The notes: generated from the letters alone by a model not told the origin. A stretch of DNA of 58,954 nt from an uncultured Thermoproteales archaeon (GCA_964522205.1 CAZFTG010000003.1:24433-83386); one strand, 5' to 3'. Positions 29,662 through 39,944 are shown, counted from the stretch's first letter. Numbers and translations: made by a program.

Positions 29662-30332
29662 CAGCTATAAAATACTTTAACCGTTACTACATCACCATCT
29701 CTTAATTTTAATATCTCCCTAAGATAGTATTCTGATATCACTTCCAGTACTTCACGCCCGTAGTGAGTTCTATCAATTAATAGTACTGCACCCGGTACTT
29801 CATTATTTATAGTAGCCTTAAAGACTTTAGCGCCCCCATACTCTATACTCCTTTTTCTGAAGCCCTTTATAATTACCCCAGGCAGTATCTCTAGAATCCT
29901 CTTCATTTTACTACTCTCCTCATCAAGTCTTAAGTTAAGAGTTCCTGGATAAGGATCTATGTTTAACTTCTCTATAAATTGCTTTCTATACTCTTCTATT
30001 GATAGATACTTACGTCCTTCCCCAAGTCCCGTGAATACTCTTCCTCTTAGTACTAGTCCCTCGGTCCTCTTCTCTAACAAGTCACTAAGTATTTTATGAA
30101 AATGTAAGAGTAGTTCATACCCCTCTCTAGTCACCACTACTAACTTACACCTACCTGAGGGAAAGCGTTTAATTAATCCTTCGTTTTCCAACTCTATTAA
30201 TTTCCTAGAGATACTTTGAGGTGTTAACCCTAGTCTTTTACCTATTTCTCCAGTAGTTACACTAATGGGTTTCGAATGAGCACCGAGAAGAGCTAGCGTG
30301 TATATCATGAGTACTTTCTCCCATACCTTCAT
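29658..30332 (-). CDS. ribK: CTP-dependent riboflavin kinase with N-terminal wHTH (RbkR-type)
   Basis: GRVFTGLGEG, PYPGTLN, LEVISE..LR..LKLRDGD; N-terminal HTH. Confidence 0.92.
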   Translation of the reverse strand: MKVWEKVLMIYTLALLGAHSKPISVTTGEIGKRLGLTPQSISRKLIELENEGLIKRFPSGRCKLVVVTREGYELLLHFHKILSDLLEKRTEGLVLRGRVFTGLGEGRKYLSIEEYRKQFIEKLNIDPYPGTLNLRLDEESSKMKRILEILPGVIIKGFRKRSIEYGGAKVFKATINNEVPGAVLLIDRTHYGREVLEVISEYYLREILKLRDGDVVTVKVFYSW

Positions 30333-30404
30333 GCTAATCCCAGGTTACTTTAAATCCATGCCTATATTTATAAGTCTACACTACTTTTAGCCTCTGGTGA
30401 GAAA

Positions 30405-31100
30405 ATGTCTGAGGAATTCGATAGGTATAAGACCATTTGTATGATAGCTAAGCATAGACTAATACACATGTACGATATAGCCTTTGCATTAGATAGAGAT
30501 ATTACTACTATTGAACGCATACTCCATAGATTAGAAGCACTAGGTATAGTATCTATGGATGGTCTCTTCGTAGAGTACATAGAAGAGGTAGAAGAGGGGA
30601 AAGAAGATTGGTGGATAATGGTGTCCACTATAGACCCCGAGTACTATACACAGAGAGGTTTTATAAAAGTGGGAAACGTAGTGGTAGCCCCCTTCTCTCC
30701 AGCCTTATCTAAGCTGGTTAGAGCCTCGGACATGAGTTTTACTGGAACCTCTGAGGCTGCTGAGAAAGAGTGGTATACTAGCTATGGAGGTCTAACTCCT
30801 ATTAAATATATGATGGAAGCTGAAAGAATACTAGTACAAGCGATAAAGACTAGAGAAAGAGAGGGAAGAGGAGATATTAAGCTTCTAGAAAAGGCATGTA
30901 AGGAATTGAAGAGAGCATCTATAATAGCTAGAGAACGCTATGTCCCTCCTGAGAGAGAGCTAACACTGGATATATCCATGGAGGGAGGGTTTGAAGATAT
31001 ACTCAGACTAGTTAAACAATACTTCAAATCAAAGGAGTTAGAAATAGTTAAATCCGTACTAAGTAGGATAAGAGGAGTGGGCTTTACTCCTGAACAATAA
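30405..31100 (+). CDS. Hypothetical protein with N-terminal wHTH
   Basis: MYDIAFALDRDITTIERILHRLEALGIV; remainder not recognised. Confidence 0.7.
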   Translation: MSEEFDRYKTICMIAKHRLIHMYDIAFALDRDITTIERILHRLEALGIVSMDGLFVEYIEEVEEGKEDWWIMVSTIDPEYYTQRGFIKVGNVVVAPFSPALSKLVRASDMSFTGTSEAAEKEWYTSYGGLTPIKYMMEAERILVQAIKTREREGRGDIKLLEKACKELKRASIIARERYVPPERELTLDISMEGGFEDILRLVKQYFKSKELEIVKSVLSRIRGVGFTPEQ

Positions 31101-31374
31101 GTCTTCCATATCTACCCACATTCAACTGTAGCTTCCCTCTGAATGAGGTAACGTATCCATTTTCGATTCTAACCCTATCGCCTATATCAACCCTATCTAT
31201 ATCATCATTCCATAGAGTGAGAGTAATAGTTCCAGAGTCATCTTCTATAGTAAAATTAGCGACACGAGCTGGTCCCCGATAGGTCATAACTTCACGGACT
31301 CTCCCCTTATCTACTATCGTTGCCTCTACATTCACCTTACGCATACCATCCCTAAGATCACTTATCTTGGTCAT
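31084..31374 (-). CDS. ssb: Single-OB-fold single-stranded DNA binding protein
   Basis: VNVEATIVD, IEDDSGTITLTLW, VRIENGYVTSFRGKLQLNVG. Confidence 0.9.
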   Translation of the reverse strand: MTKISDLRDGMRKVNVEATIVDKGRVREVMTYRGPARVANFTIEDDSGTITLTLWNDDIDRVDIGDRVRIENGYVTSFRGKLQLNVGRYGRLIVQE

Positions 31375-31535
31375 ACACTCACCTGTAACTGGGTTTAAAT
31401 GCCTTAACCCCTATATAATCTTTATGTGTTAGAAGTTAGACAGATCATATGGATATTACAGCAGGGAAGAATAAGGAACTTGAGTTGAATTTAAAACTAA
31501 GTTCAATAAAATATTAGTCAGAGGGAAGATTTCAA

Positions 31536-32129
31536 ATGTCCTTCATATCTAAACGGGCAATAAGATGTCTTGGCATAGCTGAGAGCTTTGTGAGGAGTGA
31601 AGGTGTATCGATATTAGCTGGTGTTGTGATGAGAGGAGATCTCATAGTAGATGGTATCACCTTTACTAAAATATCCCTAGGGGGACTTGATGCAACAGAT
31701 GGGGTCATAAGAATATATGAAAACCTAGACAGGAGTGATATAAACCTGGTTATGATAGGAGGAGCTATAATAGCATTATATAATATTATAGATCTTGAAA
31801 AAGTATACCATCATCTCAAAATACCTACCATATGCGTGACCTATAGGAGATCGGAAGGAATTGAAGAGAACCTCAGAAGACTTCCGGAAGCGAATAAAAG
31901 AATAGAAATCTACAGGAGATTAGGAGATAGAAGAGAAATGGTGCTCAAAACAGGGTACAGAGTTTTCGTACGCTGGTACGGATTAAGGGAGAGAGAGGTC
32001 ACAACCTTATTAAATAGGTTTACGAGGTTTGGCAGAGTTCCAGAGCCTATAAGAGTGGCTAGACTATGTGCAAGAGCTATACTTAAGTTCATACTTAGAA
32101 TGAATTTGAAGAAATGTGGAGTAGGATAA
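31536..32129 (+). CDS. DUF99/UPF0215 endonuclease-V-like protein
   Basis: LGIAESF, GVVMRGD, GLDAT, YNIID, VPEPIRVA. Confidence 0.88.
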   Translation: MSFISKRAIRCLGIAESFVRSEGVSILAGVVMRGDLIVDGITFTKISLGGLDATDGVIRIYENLDRSDINLVMIGGAIIALYNIIDLEKVYHHLKIPTICVTYRRSEGIEENLRRLPEANKRIEIYRRLGDRREMVLKTGYRVFVRWYGLREREVTTLLNRFTRFGRVPEPIRVARLCARAILKFILRMNLKKCGVG

Positions 32130-32180
32130 GGGCTCTCCCTAAATCCTTTTATACACCCTTCTGAGAGATCAATTAGAAGG

Positions 32181-32960
32181 ATGATAAGGGTATTTGAAGG
32201 ATTTAAGTTTAAAGTAAAGGATACTCCAGTCCATAGACTGGACCCCAGGTGTAAGGCTTTAATAACTATAGCGATGATGACCCTTTCTCTCGTATTCTAT
32301 GAACCCATACCACTACTATTGATACTAGCGGTCAATTTAGCAATAATATGTCTAGGGAGATCCTTAAGAGAGTGGTTATACTCTATGAAGGGAATGGTAT
32401 TGCTAATGCTAATGATCTTAGTACTAAATTACTTCTTCTCTGTAAGCGAGAATAGACTTAACTACTCAGTTGTCATGGTTCTCCGTTTTATTAATGTAGT
32501 ATCTTCATTCTCACTATTCTTTCTAACAACATCTCCTGATGATTTTGCTGATGCACTTTTAAAATTAAAAATACCTTATGAATACGTATTAATGTTTACT
32601 ATGGCCTTACGCTTCGTTCCAACACTCGCTAGAGACCTTCAGATAATATACGATGCACATAGGAGTCGTGGACTTGAAATAGATACTGGTAATTTCATAG
32701 AGAGGACGAAAAAACTATTGCCTATACTTATAACACTGTTTATATTTGAGATAAAGAGGAGCCTTAGTATAGCAGAGGCTCTTGAAGCGAGAGCGTTTGA
32801 TCCTAGAGTAAAAAGAACATATTTTAAGGAATTGAGAATGAAACCTACCGATTGGCTTACAGCATTATTAACATTACTTCTACTGATAGTAGTAATAATG
32901 ATGAAAGTGTACGGTATCATACCCGATTTTCTATTAGTGGAAATACCCGATTTCCTTTAG
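32181..32960 (+). CDS. ecfT: ECF transporter transmembrane component T
   Basis: HRLDPRCK, ALRFVPTL, AHRSRG, ALEARAF. Confidence 0.92.
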   Translation: MIRVFEGFKFKVKDTPVHRLDPRCKALITIAMMTLSLVFYEPIPLLLILAVNLAIICLGRSLREWLYSMKGMVLLMLMILVLNYFFSVSENRLNYSVVMVLRFINVVSSFSLFFLTTSPDDFADALLKLKIPYEYVLMFTMALRFVPTLARDLQIIYDAHRSRGLEIDTGNFIERTKKLLPILITLFIFEIKRSLSIAEALEARAFDPRVKRTYFKELRMKPTDWLTALLTLLLLIVVIMMKVYGIIPDFLLVEIPDFL

Positions 32961-32984
32961 TAGGGTAGGAACTAGGATCTATAG

Positions 32985-33650
32985 CTAAGTAGAAGAAAGT
33001 CTAGAGAGGATGTCAGGTAATTCATGTAGGTTGCACAGTACAAATTCTCCTTGTGTTTGTTTACCTTCACTTAAGAGATAAGCTCTAATACCAACCTTTC
33101 GGGGTATTTCTAAATCGTATAAAGGATTGTCCCCTAGGTGCAGGACTTCTGGAGGTGCTATTCCCATATTTTGACATATTAGTTTAAAGAAAATTTCATT
33201 TTTCCTAGGTATGCAGAAGTTTGACACACAAGAATACACTCTAGAGAATATATGCCTAAGTTCACCCATGTTCTCGAGTACTAATTGAATAAATTCAATG
33301 CTTGCATTTGAGACTATAATCAGCTTGTAGTCTTTACTAACCTCAGGTAATACCTCAAAAACTCCTGGTTTAAATCTTATCAGTGGTCTTACTGACCTTA
33401 GTGCATCTTTCACACTTACTTTTAAGTCAAATCTTCTCAACCAGTATTCTGGTAGATACCATCTTATATCGTCTTCACCTATTCTATCGTACTCTGATAG
33501 TACTATAGCTCGAGCATGATCAAGATCCACTCCATGTCTCTGAGCATACAGTAGTGGTATTAACTCCAGCCAAAAGTAATCTACATGGTCTCTATAGACT
33601 AGAGTACCATCTAGATCAAAGGATATGATCTTCACACTTCCAGGTGGCAT
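32985..33650 (-). CDS. HAD-superfamily hydrolase
   Basis: FDLDGTL, VSNA, K, HLGDNPLYD. Confidence 0.92.
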   Translation of the reverse strand: MPPGSVKIISFDLDGTLVYRDHVDYFWLELIPLLYAQRHGVDLDHARAIVLSEYDRIGEDDIRWYLPEYWLRRFDLKVSVKDALRSVRPLIRFKPGVFEVLPEVSKDYKLIIVSNASIEFIQLVLENMGELRHIFSRVYSCVSNFCIPRKNEIFFKLICQNMGIAPPEVLHLGDNPLYDLEIPRKVGIRAYLLSEGKQTQGEFVLCNLHELPDILSRLSST

Positions 33651-33731
33651 TCTTTAACCGTGTGTTAGAGTATTATTCTCTATTATTATTGTACTTATGA
33701 GGACTACAATAGTACTTAAGTATTATTACTA

Positions 33732-33961
33732 CTTTCCTTTTAGCTCTCCTCAGCAGCTCTTTTTCGAGCAATACTGGAGCATTTATCTTCGCTACCAAGC
33801 CCTGTCTCATGTTTCCTCCATGTTTACTGCCACGAATGTAGCAATAGATGCAATTGAAATCACAAAACTGGTAGGGATTTAGAGAATAATCATCCAAAAA
33901 CCATACATCCCTTTTCCTATGCTTGTTCAGGATTGTTTTTCGCAAAGATTTCCTTTACCAT
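33732..33961 (-). pseudogene. Radical SAM (SplB-like) gene fragment, frameshifted and 3'-truncated
   Basis: ATG at 33961 gives MVKEIFAK; one extra A in an A5 run shifts to TILNKH...LNPYQFCDFNCIYCY...KINAP..LEKEL. Coding character ends at about 33732. Confidence 0.75.
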
Positions 33962-34523
33962 ATTTTATTTCACATCTTCTCAAACATGGAATCAGAAATG
34001 GTACTTTCCTCTTATACTCTTCGTATTCCTTCCCAAACCTTGCTTCAAGCTCCTTTTCCTCAATGAGTTTTATGTATACTATGCTACATAGCAAAAACGA
34101 TGCAGTTATTATCACAGCAGATAGAGAATTAAGCCATAAGCTAATGCCCGAGTAATAAACCACAGATCCCAAGAGCATTGGATTTCTGCAAAGTGCATAA
34201 GGACCTGTGGTTACCAATTTCTGCGTTGGTATCACTGGAACAGGAGTTCCCCTACCGATCCTAAACTGAGCAAAACCACTCCATACTGAGAATGAAAGCC
34301 CGAATACGATAAAAAATGAGGCAATAATAAGATTAAAAGGCTCTGGAATGAGTTTTGGTAAATTTAGCTTTGTGTCGATAAAAGGAGATGTTGAAGCAAG
34401 AATAAAAGGTATTACTACAAGGAAGACTAATCCCGCCATAACGAGTCCGACTATCTTTTGTTTTTTAGTGTATTTCCTTTTAGACCATTCAATGATTTTG
34501 CCTATCATAGTTACTCCTCTCAC
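33927..34523 (-). CDS. Isoprenylcysteine carboxyl methyltransferase / PEMT-family membrane protein
   Basis: GRGTPVP, LVTTGPYALCRNPM, EEKELEARFGKEYEEYKRKVP. Confidence 0.9.
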   Translation of the reverse strand: MRGVTMIGKIIEWSKRKYTKKQKIVGLVMAGLVFLVVIPFILASTSPFIDTKLNLPKLIPEPFNLIIASFFIVFGLSFSVWSGFAQFRIGRGTPVPVIPTQKLVTTGPYALCRNPMLLGSVVYYSGISLWLNSLSAVIITASFLLCSIVYIKLIEEKELEARFGKEYEEYKRKVPFLIPCLRRCEIKYGKGNLCEKQS

Positions 34524-34641
34524 GTATTATAGAACCTACATGTTTTGAATATTTAAAATTTCGAAGTACTAACAATAAGCTAACAGAACCTATTACCACA
34601 TAGATTAATTAATCTCCTTCTAATTTACTTTCGGTGATATT

Positions 34642-35232
34642 ATGAGTGAGTACTTGTTCGAGCTGTTTGTACTTACTGTTAGACTATATGCTGTTATGGA
34701 TCCTATGGGAGCGATTCCAATATTCATATCACTAACATCTAAGAAGAGCACTGAAGAGAGAATGAAAATGCTGAAGCTAGCTACAGGAGTTGTAGTAACC
34801 ATAGTTTCAATATTGTCTATAACTGGTAGTACTATCTTGGAAGTACTCGGCATAACACCTCCATCCATCAAAATTGGTGGTGGAATACTGTTAATGGTCT
34901 TAGCAATAGATGAGATGAGAGGGATTTTGAGAAGCAGAATGCCCCTTGAAGAAGAATTAGCAGTAGTTCCACTAGCAATACCACTCCTAGTAGGACCCGG
35001 TACCATAGCTATGATATTGATGCTTACATCAATAATGCCCTGGTACATAGTGCTCGTAGCAGCTCTAATAGCATCTCTGCTCTCTTTTCTCACACTCCTC
35101 TCTTCAGAACTCTTGCTTAGAGTACTGGGGAAGAGTGTGACAGCAGCTTTAAGTAAGTTTATGACTATAATACTGGCCGCATTTGCATCTGAAATGATAT
35201 TTTCGGCACTAGTAGACTGGGGAGTAATATGA
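34642..35232 (+). CDS. marC: MarC-family membrane protein
   Basis: MDPMGAIPIF, KIGGGILL, VPLAIPLLVGPG. Confidence 0.92.
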   Translation: MSEYLFELFVLTVRLYAVMDPMGAIPIFISLTSKKSTEERMKMLKLATGVVVTIVSILSITGSTILEVLGITPPSIKIGGGILLMVLAIDEMRGILRSRMPLEEELAVVPLAIPLLVGPGTIAMILMLTSIMPWYIVLVAALIASLLSFLTLLSSELLLRVLGKSVTAALSKFMTIILAAFASEMIFSALVDWGVI

Positions 35233-35822
35233 GAATCGTCGTAGGTACTAAAAATCCTATTAAGGTAAGAGGAGTTGAATTAGCCTTCAGGAGAATGGGA
35301 TTTTCCCCTATAGAAGTGGTATCTATTCCTGTGGAGACTAGTGTAGGACCACAGCCTATAGGATTAAAAAGGACGATCTTAGGTGCGCTAGAGAGAGCTA
35401 CTAAATCGCTTTCAAAAATATCTAATGCGAAGTTTAGTGTTGGATTGGAGGCTGGTTTAATCGAATTTCCTGGAACTATAACAGGTTTTATAAATCAACA
35501 AATCGCTGCTGTAGTGGATAGAAATGACAGAGTAAGCCTAGGTCTAAGTGCTGCATTTGAATTCCCTCCAATAGCTGTTAAAAAAGTATTAAGAGGAGAG
35601 GTTGAAGAACTGGAAACTGTGATGATAGGAATAAGTGGTATTGAGAGTATAGGGAATAGTGTCGGTGCTATAGGTTATCTTACGGACGGCTGTATGACTA
35701 GGTTAGATCTATGTTTTCAAGCAGTTTTGACGGCATTAATACCTAGGAGAAGGCCGGATCTTTATCCGAGTTTACCTAGAGTTAGCGAGGTTAGAACTAG
35801 GATACTAGAGTCCTTAACATAG
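35229..35822 (+). CDS. yjjX: Inosine/xanthosine triphosphatase (YjjX/DUF84)
   Basis: VGTKNPIKV, SVGPQP, GALERA, GLEAG, GAIGYLT. Confidence 0.88.
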   Translation: MRIVVGTKNPIKVRGVELAFRRMGFSPIEVVSIPVETSVGPQPIGLKRTILGALERATKSLSKISNAKFSVGLEAGLIEFPGTITGFINQQIAAVVDRNDRVSLGLSAAFEFPPIAVKKVLRGEVEELETVMIGISGIESIGNSVGAIGYLTDGCMTRLDLCFQAVLTALIPRRRPDLYPSLPRVSEVRTRILESLT

Positions 35823-36963
35823 CAAATAGTATTAGTGGATTTTTAACAAACCCCTTTATTATCCTATGTTGCTCATCCATATCACCGTACGCTACTAACG
35901 TATTCTCTATATAGTACTCCTTAAGATTTAGCATTATTCTCTCAAGTGTATTATCATCTAATAAATCCAGAACTCTTCTTATCAATAGCATGAACTTCAA
36001 TTTTCTTCCAAACTCGCTTCTCCAGAGCTTATCATATACACATACAGTAGTGCCCCTACTTAGAGTATTGATTATTACTCTAGAGGCCACGCATGCTCCT
36101 TTGATGCCATATACGATTCCTCCGCCAGTAGTAGGCTTGACATGTCCAGCAGCATCGCCAACTAGTAGAACTCTATTCTTACAGGTTCTTTTTAAAGGAC
36201 CATGTGTAATTACAAAACCTGTTGTAAGCCTAGTAATCTTAGCTTTATTCAATCTATTCTTTAAGATTGGATGAAATCGAATCATATGATTAAATCTATG
36301 TACTACGCTACCAGTAGATGCTAATCCAATACGTGCAGAGTTCTCCGACGTAGGTATAAGCCAACCGAATAGTCCTCTAGCCCACTTTCTTCCAAGGTAT
36401 ATCTCTACTACATCCATTTCTATGTCGTGTACTCCTTTGAACTCTGCTTGAATTGCTGGTAAGATGCCCTTACTTGGTACTTTGAATCCTAATCTCTTAG
36501 CGATTTTACGTCTTCCTCCTTCGGCATCTACTAATACTTCAGCACTATACTTTCTATCACTACACATTACCTTTACTGAGTCATCATGTACTAGGGCATC
36601 TACAGCCCTCCTTTCTAGGACTACTTCAGCCCCTTCGCTTAGTGCTTTTTGATAGATCTTTTTATCGAATCTTTCTCTATCTAACACGCATGCTTGTATA
36701 CTCTTTCTCTTCACCTCTAATATGGTTTTACATGAGGGTGAAAATATTCTAGCACCTCGTACTTTATTAAGAATAATATCATCCCAATAAAGATTGAGTT
36801 CCCTTAGGGATCTATATCCCACTAATCCAGCACAGTGCACTGGTACTCCTACCTCTCTATGCTCTTCTAGTACAACTACTCGATAACCAGCTTTAGCTAC
36901 TCTGTAGGCAGTATAGAGACCTGTAGGTCCTGCACCCACTACTATGACATCAGCATGGCTCAT
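35797..36963 (-). CDS. Geranylgeranyl reductase-family FAD oxidoreductase
   Basis: VGAGPTG, HCAG, DRERFD, FGWLIP, VGDAAGHVKPTTGGGI. Confidence 0.9.
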   Translation of the reverse strand: MSHADVIVVGAGPTGLYTAYRVAKAGYRVVVLEEHREVGVPVHCAGLVGYRSLRELNLYWDDIILNKVRGARIFSPSCKTILEVKRKSIQACVLDRERFDKKIYQKALSEGAEVVLERRAVDALVHDDSVKVMCSDRKYSAEVLVDAEGGRRKIAKRLGFKVPSKGILPAIQAEFKGVHDIEMDVVEIYLGRKWARGLFGWLIPTSENSARIGLASTGSVVHRFNHMIRFHPILKNRLNKAKITRLTTGFVITHGPLKRTCKNRVLLVGDAAGHVKPTTGGGIVYGIKGACVASRVIINTLSRGTTVCVYDKLWRSEFGRKLKFMLLIRRVLDLLDDNTLERIMLNLKEYYIENTLVAYGDMDEQHRIIKGFVKNPLILFAMLRTLVS

Positions 36964-37111
36964 TTTCGCTCTTCTGAACCCCTTATTCTATCCCTTCTCT
37001 CTAAAAGTTACTTTTTATATTCTTTTCGCTCTTCTCCTTCTAATTGTAGTATATCGGTTATTTTTATTCTAATGTATAAATATATTAGTAGTACCTTCCA
37101 TACTAAGAGAG

Positions 37112-38416
37112 ATGGTAGAATATTATAGTAATGATATTAGAGCCATCAGAGATAGTAGAGGGGTATATTATTGTAAGACCTTAGTAGACATAGGATTTTA
37201 TCCCAATTACTCATTTGAAGTCGGGGATATAGATGGAGATGGTATAAAGGAGATTGCAGTACTGACTACTGATGGGGGTACTCTAAGGGTGTTCAGAATT
37301 GATGGATCTCTACTCTTTGAACGCACACTGGGAAACCATGGTTGTTGGGGAACGCCTACAATAACCTTTTCCGATCTAGATGGAGATGGTAAAGAGGAAC
37401 TTATTGTTCCAGATGGTAGTATGGTTATAGCCCTTGATGATCATAACGATATAGTAAGAAAAACTAGAGTACCTACGAGTACTGTCGATGATTACGGTAT
37501 CGCTATTCCATTAATAGGAGTGTTCAAGAGAGAAGGTAAGACAAACATATGTGTTGCAGCTGCGGGAGGAGGGGTATTTGCCTTTGATGATGAGTTCAGA
37601 TTACTATGGAGTATTAAAGGACTCAGGAAGGATTTCGGCCATGAGTTTAATATTTCCGAAATTCCAAACAACGAGAGTATAATAGCCTTTTCAAATGTAG
37701 ATCATATAAGGTATGCTAGTGCTCAAACCGAAGGAGAATTAATACTTGTGGATTCCTCTGGCAGGCTCCTCTTAAAAAAGCGTGTAAGGGATCTTATAGA
37801 TGATACACACTTTGATGATGTAGCTATAGCAGACTTTACAGGAAATGGAAGGTTAGAAGTTCTAGTAGAAAAAGGTATTCTAATGGATCTTAAAGGTAAT
37901 GTAATATGGAATGCTTCCAAATGCTTTGACCACGGACAGTGGATAGCCCACCTTCCAGATCCTAGAGGTCCAGGTAGGCTTTCCTTTATAGCAGAACTCT
38001 GGGGCTATAAGGGTAAGAGTAGAATGTTAGATTCGAAGGGAAAAACTCTATGGACTCTTGGTGAGCATAGACACACTAAAATTGACCAGAACCTATATCC
38101 AGGATGTAAAGTAGCCCCTACGAGAGTTCATGCTATCGACTGGAAGAATAATGGAGAATATGAGATTGTACTAGCAGAACAGATAGTCCCTAGCAGGGAA
38201 TTTCAAAAAAAGAATATTGTCCATAAGCTTAAGATCTTCGTATTCAATCCTATGGGAGAGCTTTTAGCAGAAATCCCCTTCGTAGATACTAGGAAAGGTG
38301 AGTTCTTCTATAATGGTGAAGTACACTCTAGGGCTGTAGATATGGACAATGATGGTAACATGGAGTTCGTATTTCCACGACAAGATGGAAAGGTCATGGT
38401 GATTGGAAAAAGTTGA
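37112..38416 (+). CDS. FG-GAP-like repeat beta-propeller protein without signal peptide
   Basis: Five Dx[DN]xDG-type loops: GDIDGDGIKEI, SDLDGDGKEEL, ADFTGNGRLEV, IDWKNNGEYEI, VDMDNDGNMEF. Confidence 0.8.
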   Translation: MVEYYSNDIRAIRDSRGVYYCKTLVDIGFYPNYSFEVGDIDGDGIKEIAVLTTDGGTLRVFRIDGSLLFERTLGNHGCWGTPTITFSDLDGDGKEELIVPDGSMVIALDDHNDIVRKTRVPTSTVDDYGIAIPLIGVFKREGKTNICVAAAGGGVFAFDDEFRLLWSIKGLRKDFGHEFNISEIPNNESIIAFSNVDHIRYASAQTEGELILVDSSGRLLLKKRVRDLIDDTHFDDVAIADFTGNGRLEVLVEKGILMDLKGNVIWNASKCFDHGQWIAHLPDPRGPGRLSFIAELWGYKGKSRMLDSKGKTLWTLGEHRHTKIDQNLYPGCKVAPTRVHAIDWKNNGEYEIVLAEQIVPSREFQKKNIVHKLKIFVFNPMGELLAEIPFVDTRKGEFFYNGEVHSRAVDMDNDGNMEFVFPRQDGKVMVIGKS

Positions 38417-38439
38417 GAGAGGTATACTGTACGGTTGCT

Positions 38440-38700
38440 TTAAGCACGTGGATTATAATATTCTAACGCTCCTGTTCTCTTATTACGTATGGATATTATC
38501 CTATGCATAGGTATGTACTTTACTCCATCTTTAGTGAAGAAGACTACGAAATCTCTTGTAACCTTTATTATAGAACTACCCTTTAGACTTTCCATATCTC
38601 CCCTAGAACCTCTTGATCTAAAAGTTATAATGTAATCTTTCGGATCTATATTTCTATTCCAGAGGAGTCTATTCAGTAGGTTACGTAATGGATTCGACAT
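38440..38700 (-). CDS. DUF504/MJ1316-like small RNA-binding domain protein
   Basis: LRNLLNRLLW, IPMHRIISI. Confidence 0.8.
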   Translation of the reverse strand: MSNPLRNLLNRLLWNRNIDPKDYIITFRSRGSRGDMESLKGSSIIKVTRDFVVFFTKDGVKYIPMHRIISIRNKRTGALEYYNPRA

Positions 38701-38833
38701 GATGACTCGCTATGATATTACCTCTCGATAATTTAGAATTAACGATCAGATCATGAGAAGTCAATTTTCTTTCAAGATCGTCTCATTCTCTGCTAGAAGA
38801 AGTTATAAGTTTCAAGGATAGTGGAGATAAAGG

Positions 38834-39385
38834 ATGAGTATGAAGGAAGAACTTGAGTACTTCTACATGGCATTACATCCACGTGTAGTTATACTAGTAG
38901 TAGCCATAGATAGAGAAGGTAAGCCTAATGTAATGCCAGCCAGTTGGACCACTCCAATATCCGAAGAACCGCCCCATGTAGCCTTGGCCATGTGGAGAGA
39001 GAATTACACATGGAAATTGATAAAAGAGAGTAAAGAGTTCACGCTAAATACTCCTACTGCTGAGCTCATCGATCTGGTTTGGAAAGCTGGCACTATTAGT
39101 GGTAAGGATGTGGATAAGAGTAGAATTTTAAAACTCACTTTTAGTAAGTCTAGAAAACTTAAGACACCTATAATAGAGGAGTGCATAGCACATCTAGAGT
39201 GTAAGGTCGTAGATGAGGTCGATGTTGGCGAGTCTACCCTATTCATAGCTGAGGTAGTTGAGGCTTATGGAAGTAAAGAGTATCTCGTAAGGGGTAAATG
39301 GAATGTTAAAAAAGTAAATGTCCTAGAACATCTAGGAGGAAGAGTATTTACGATAGCAACAAAAGTACTATACCCAAAGAAATAG
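38834..39385 (+). CDS. Flavin reductase-family protein
   Basis: PNVMPASW, KEFTLN, AGTISG, PIIEECIAHLECKV, LFIAEV. Confidence 0.92.
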   Translation: MSMKEELEYFYMALHPRVVILVVAIDREGKPNVMPASWTTPISEEPPHVALAMWRENYTWKLIKESKEFTLNTPTAELIDLVWKAGTISGKDVDKSRILKLTFSKSRKLKTPIIEECIAHLECKVVDEVDVGESTLFIAEVVEAYGSKEYLVRGKWNVKKVNVLEHLGGRVFTIATKVLYPKK

Positions 39386-39761
39386 TACACTTTCATAGAA
39401 GTCAAAAACGAATATTAGAAGTCCACTATAATCTATCCTCAAGTACGGAATTACAGGCTAATATAGTACAATTAATAGAGAGTTATACTGTGATCAATAA
39501 TAAATACAGTATTAAGTGTGTAGTTATGAGTTATTAAATTTAAAAGAGAATGAGTACTTAGAAATCCACGTTTTTACTACTCTGTAAAGGTGGCTACAGA
39601 GATATTAGACTATTTTTTAACTACGGCACACCTAGCTCTTTAATGAACTTGAAAGGGTATCCCATGCTTCATTGGAAGGAATAGTAATGGACAATACACC
39701 CGTAGTATATAAGCCTTTTATAACACGGATATTAAATTTTAAAAATAGAGACTAAGATGAG

Positions 39762-39944
39762 GTGTTGAACTTGTCCAAGGTTAGTGAGGAAAGCCCTGAG
39801 GAGTTCCTAACGTGTATACTAAGGAGATTGGATGAACCGACCAGTAGAGACGTCAAATTTCACGTAGATACTATAGAGGGTGAACTTCCTCTAGAGGAAT
39901 TAGAGTATACCCTTTACACCAACCATAGAAGTTACTATTTCTAA
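39762..39944 (+). CDS. Small acidic hypothetical protein or gene fragment
   Basis: GAGGTG RBS before TTG; 60 aa; no recognised motif. Confidence 0.4.
   Translation: MLNLSKVSEESPEEFLTCILRRLDEPTSRDVKFHVDTIEGELPLEELEYTLYTNHRSYYF

Noticed and set aside
33688-33712. TATTGTA...TACAATA inverted repeat resembling the outer part of the 13685 arms
   Set aside because: Only 7 AT-rich bp and a different spacing; insufficient to call a second operator.
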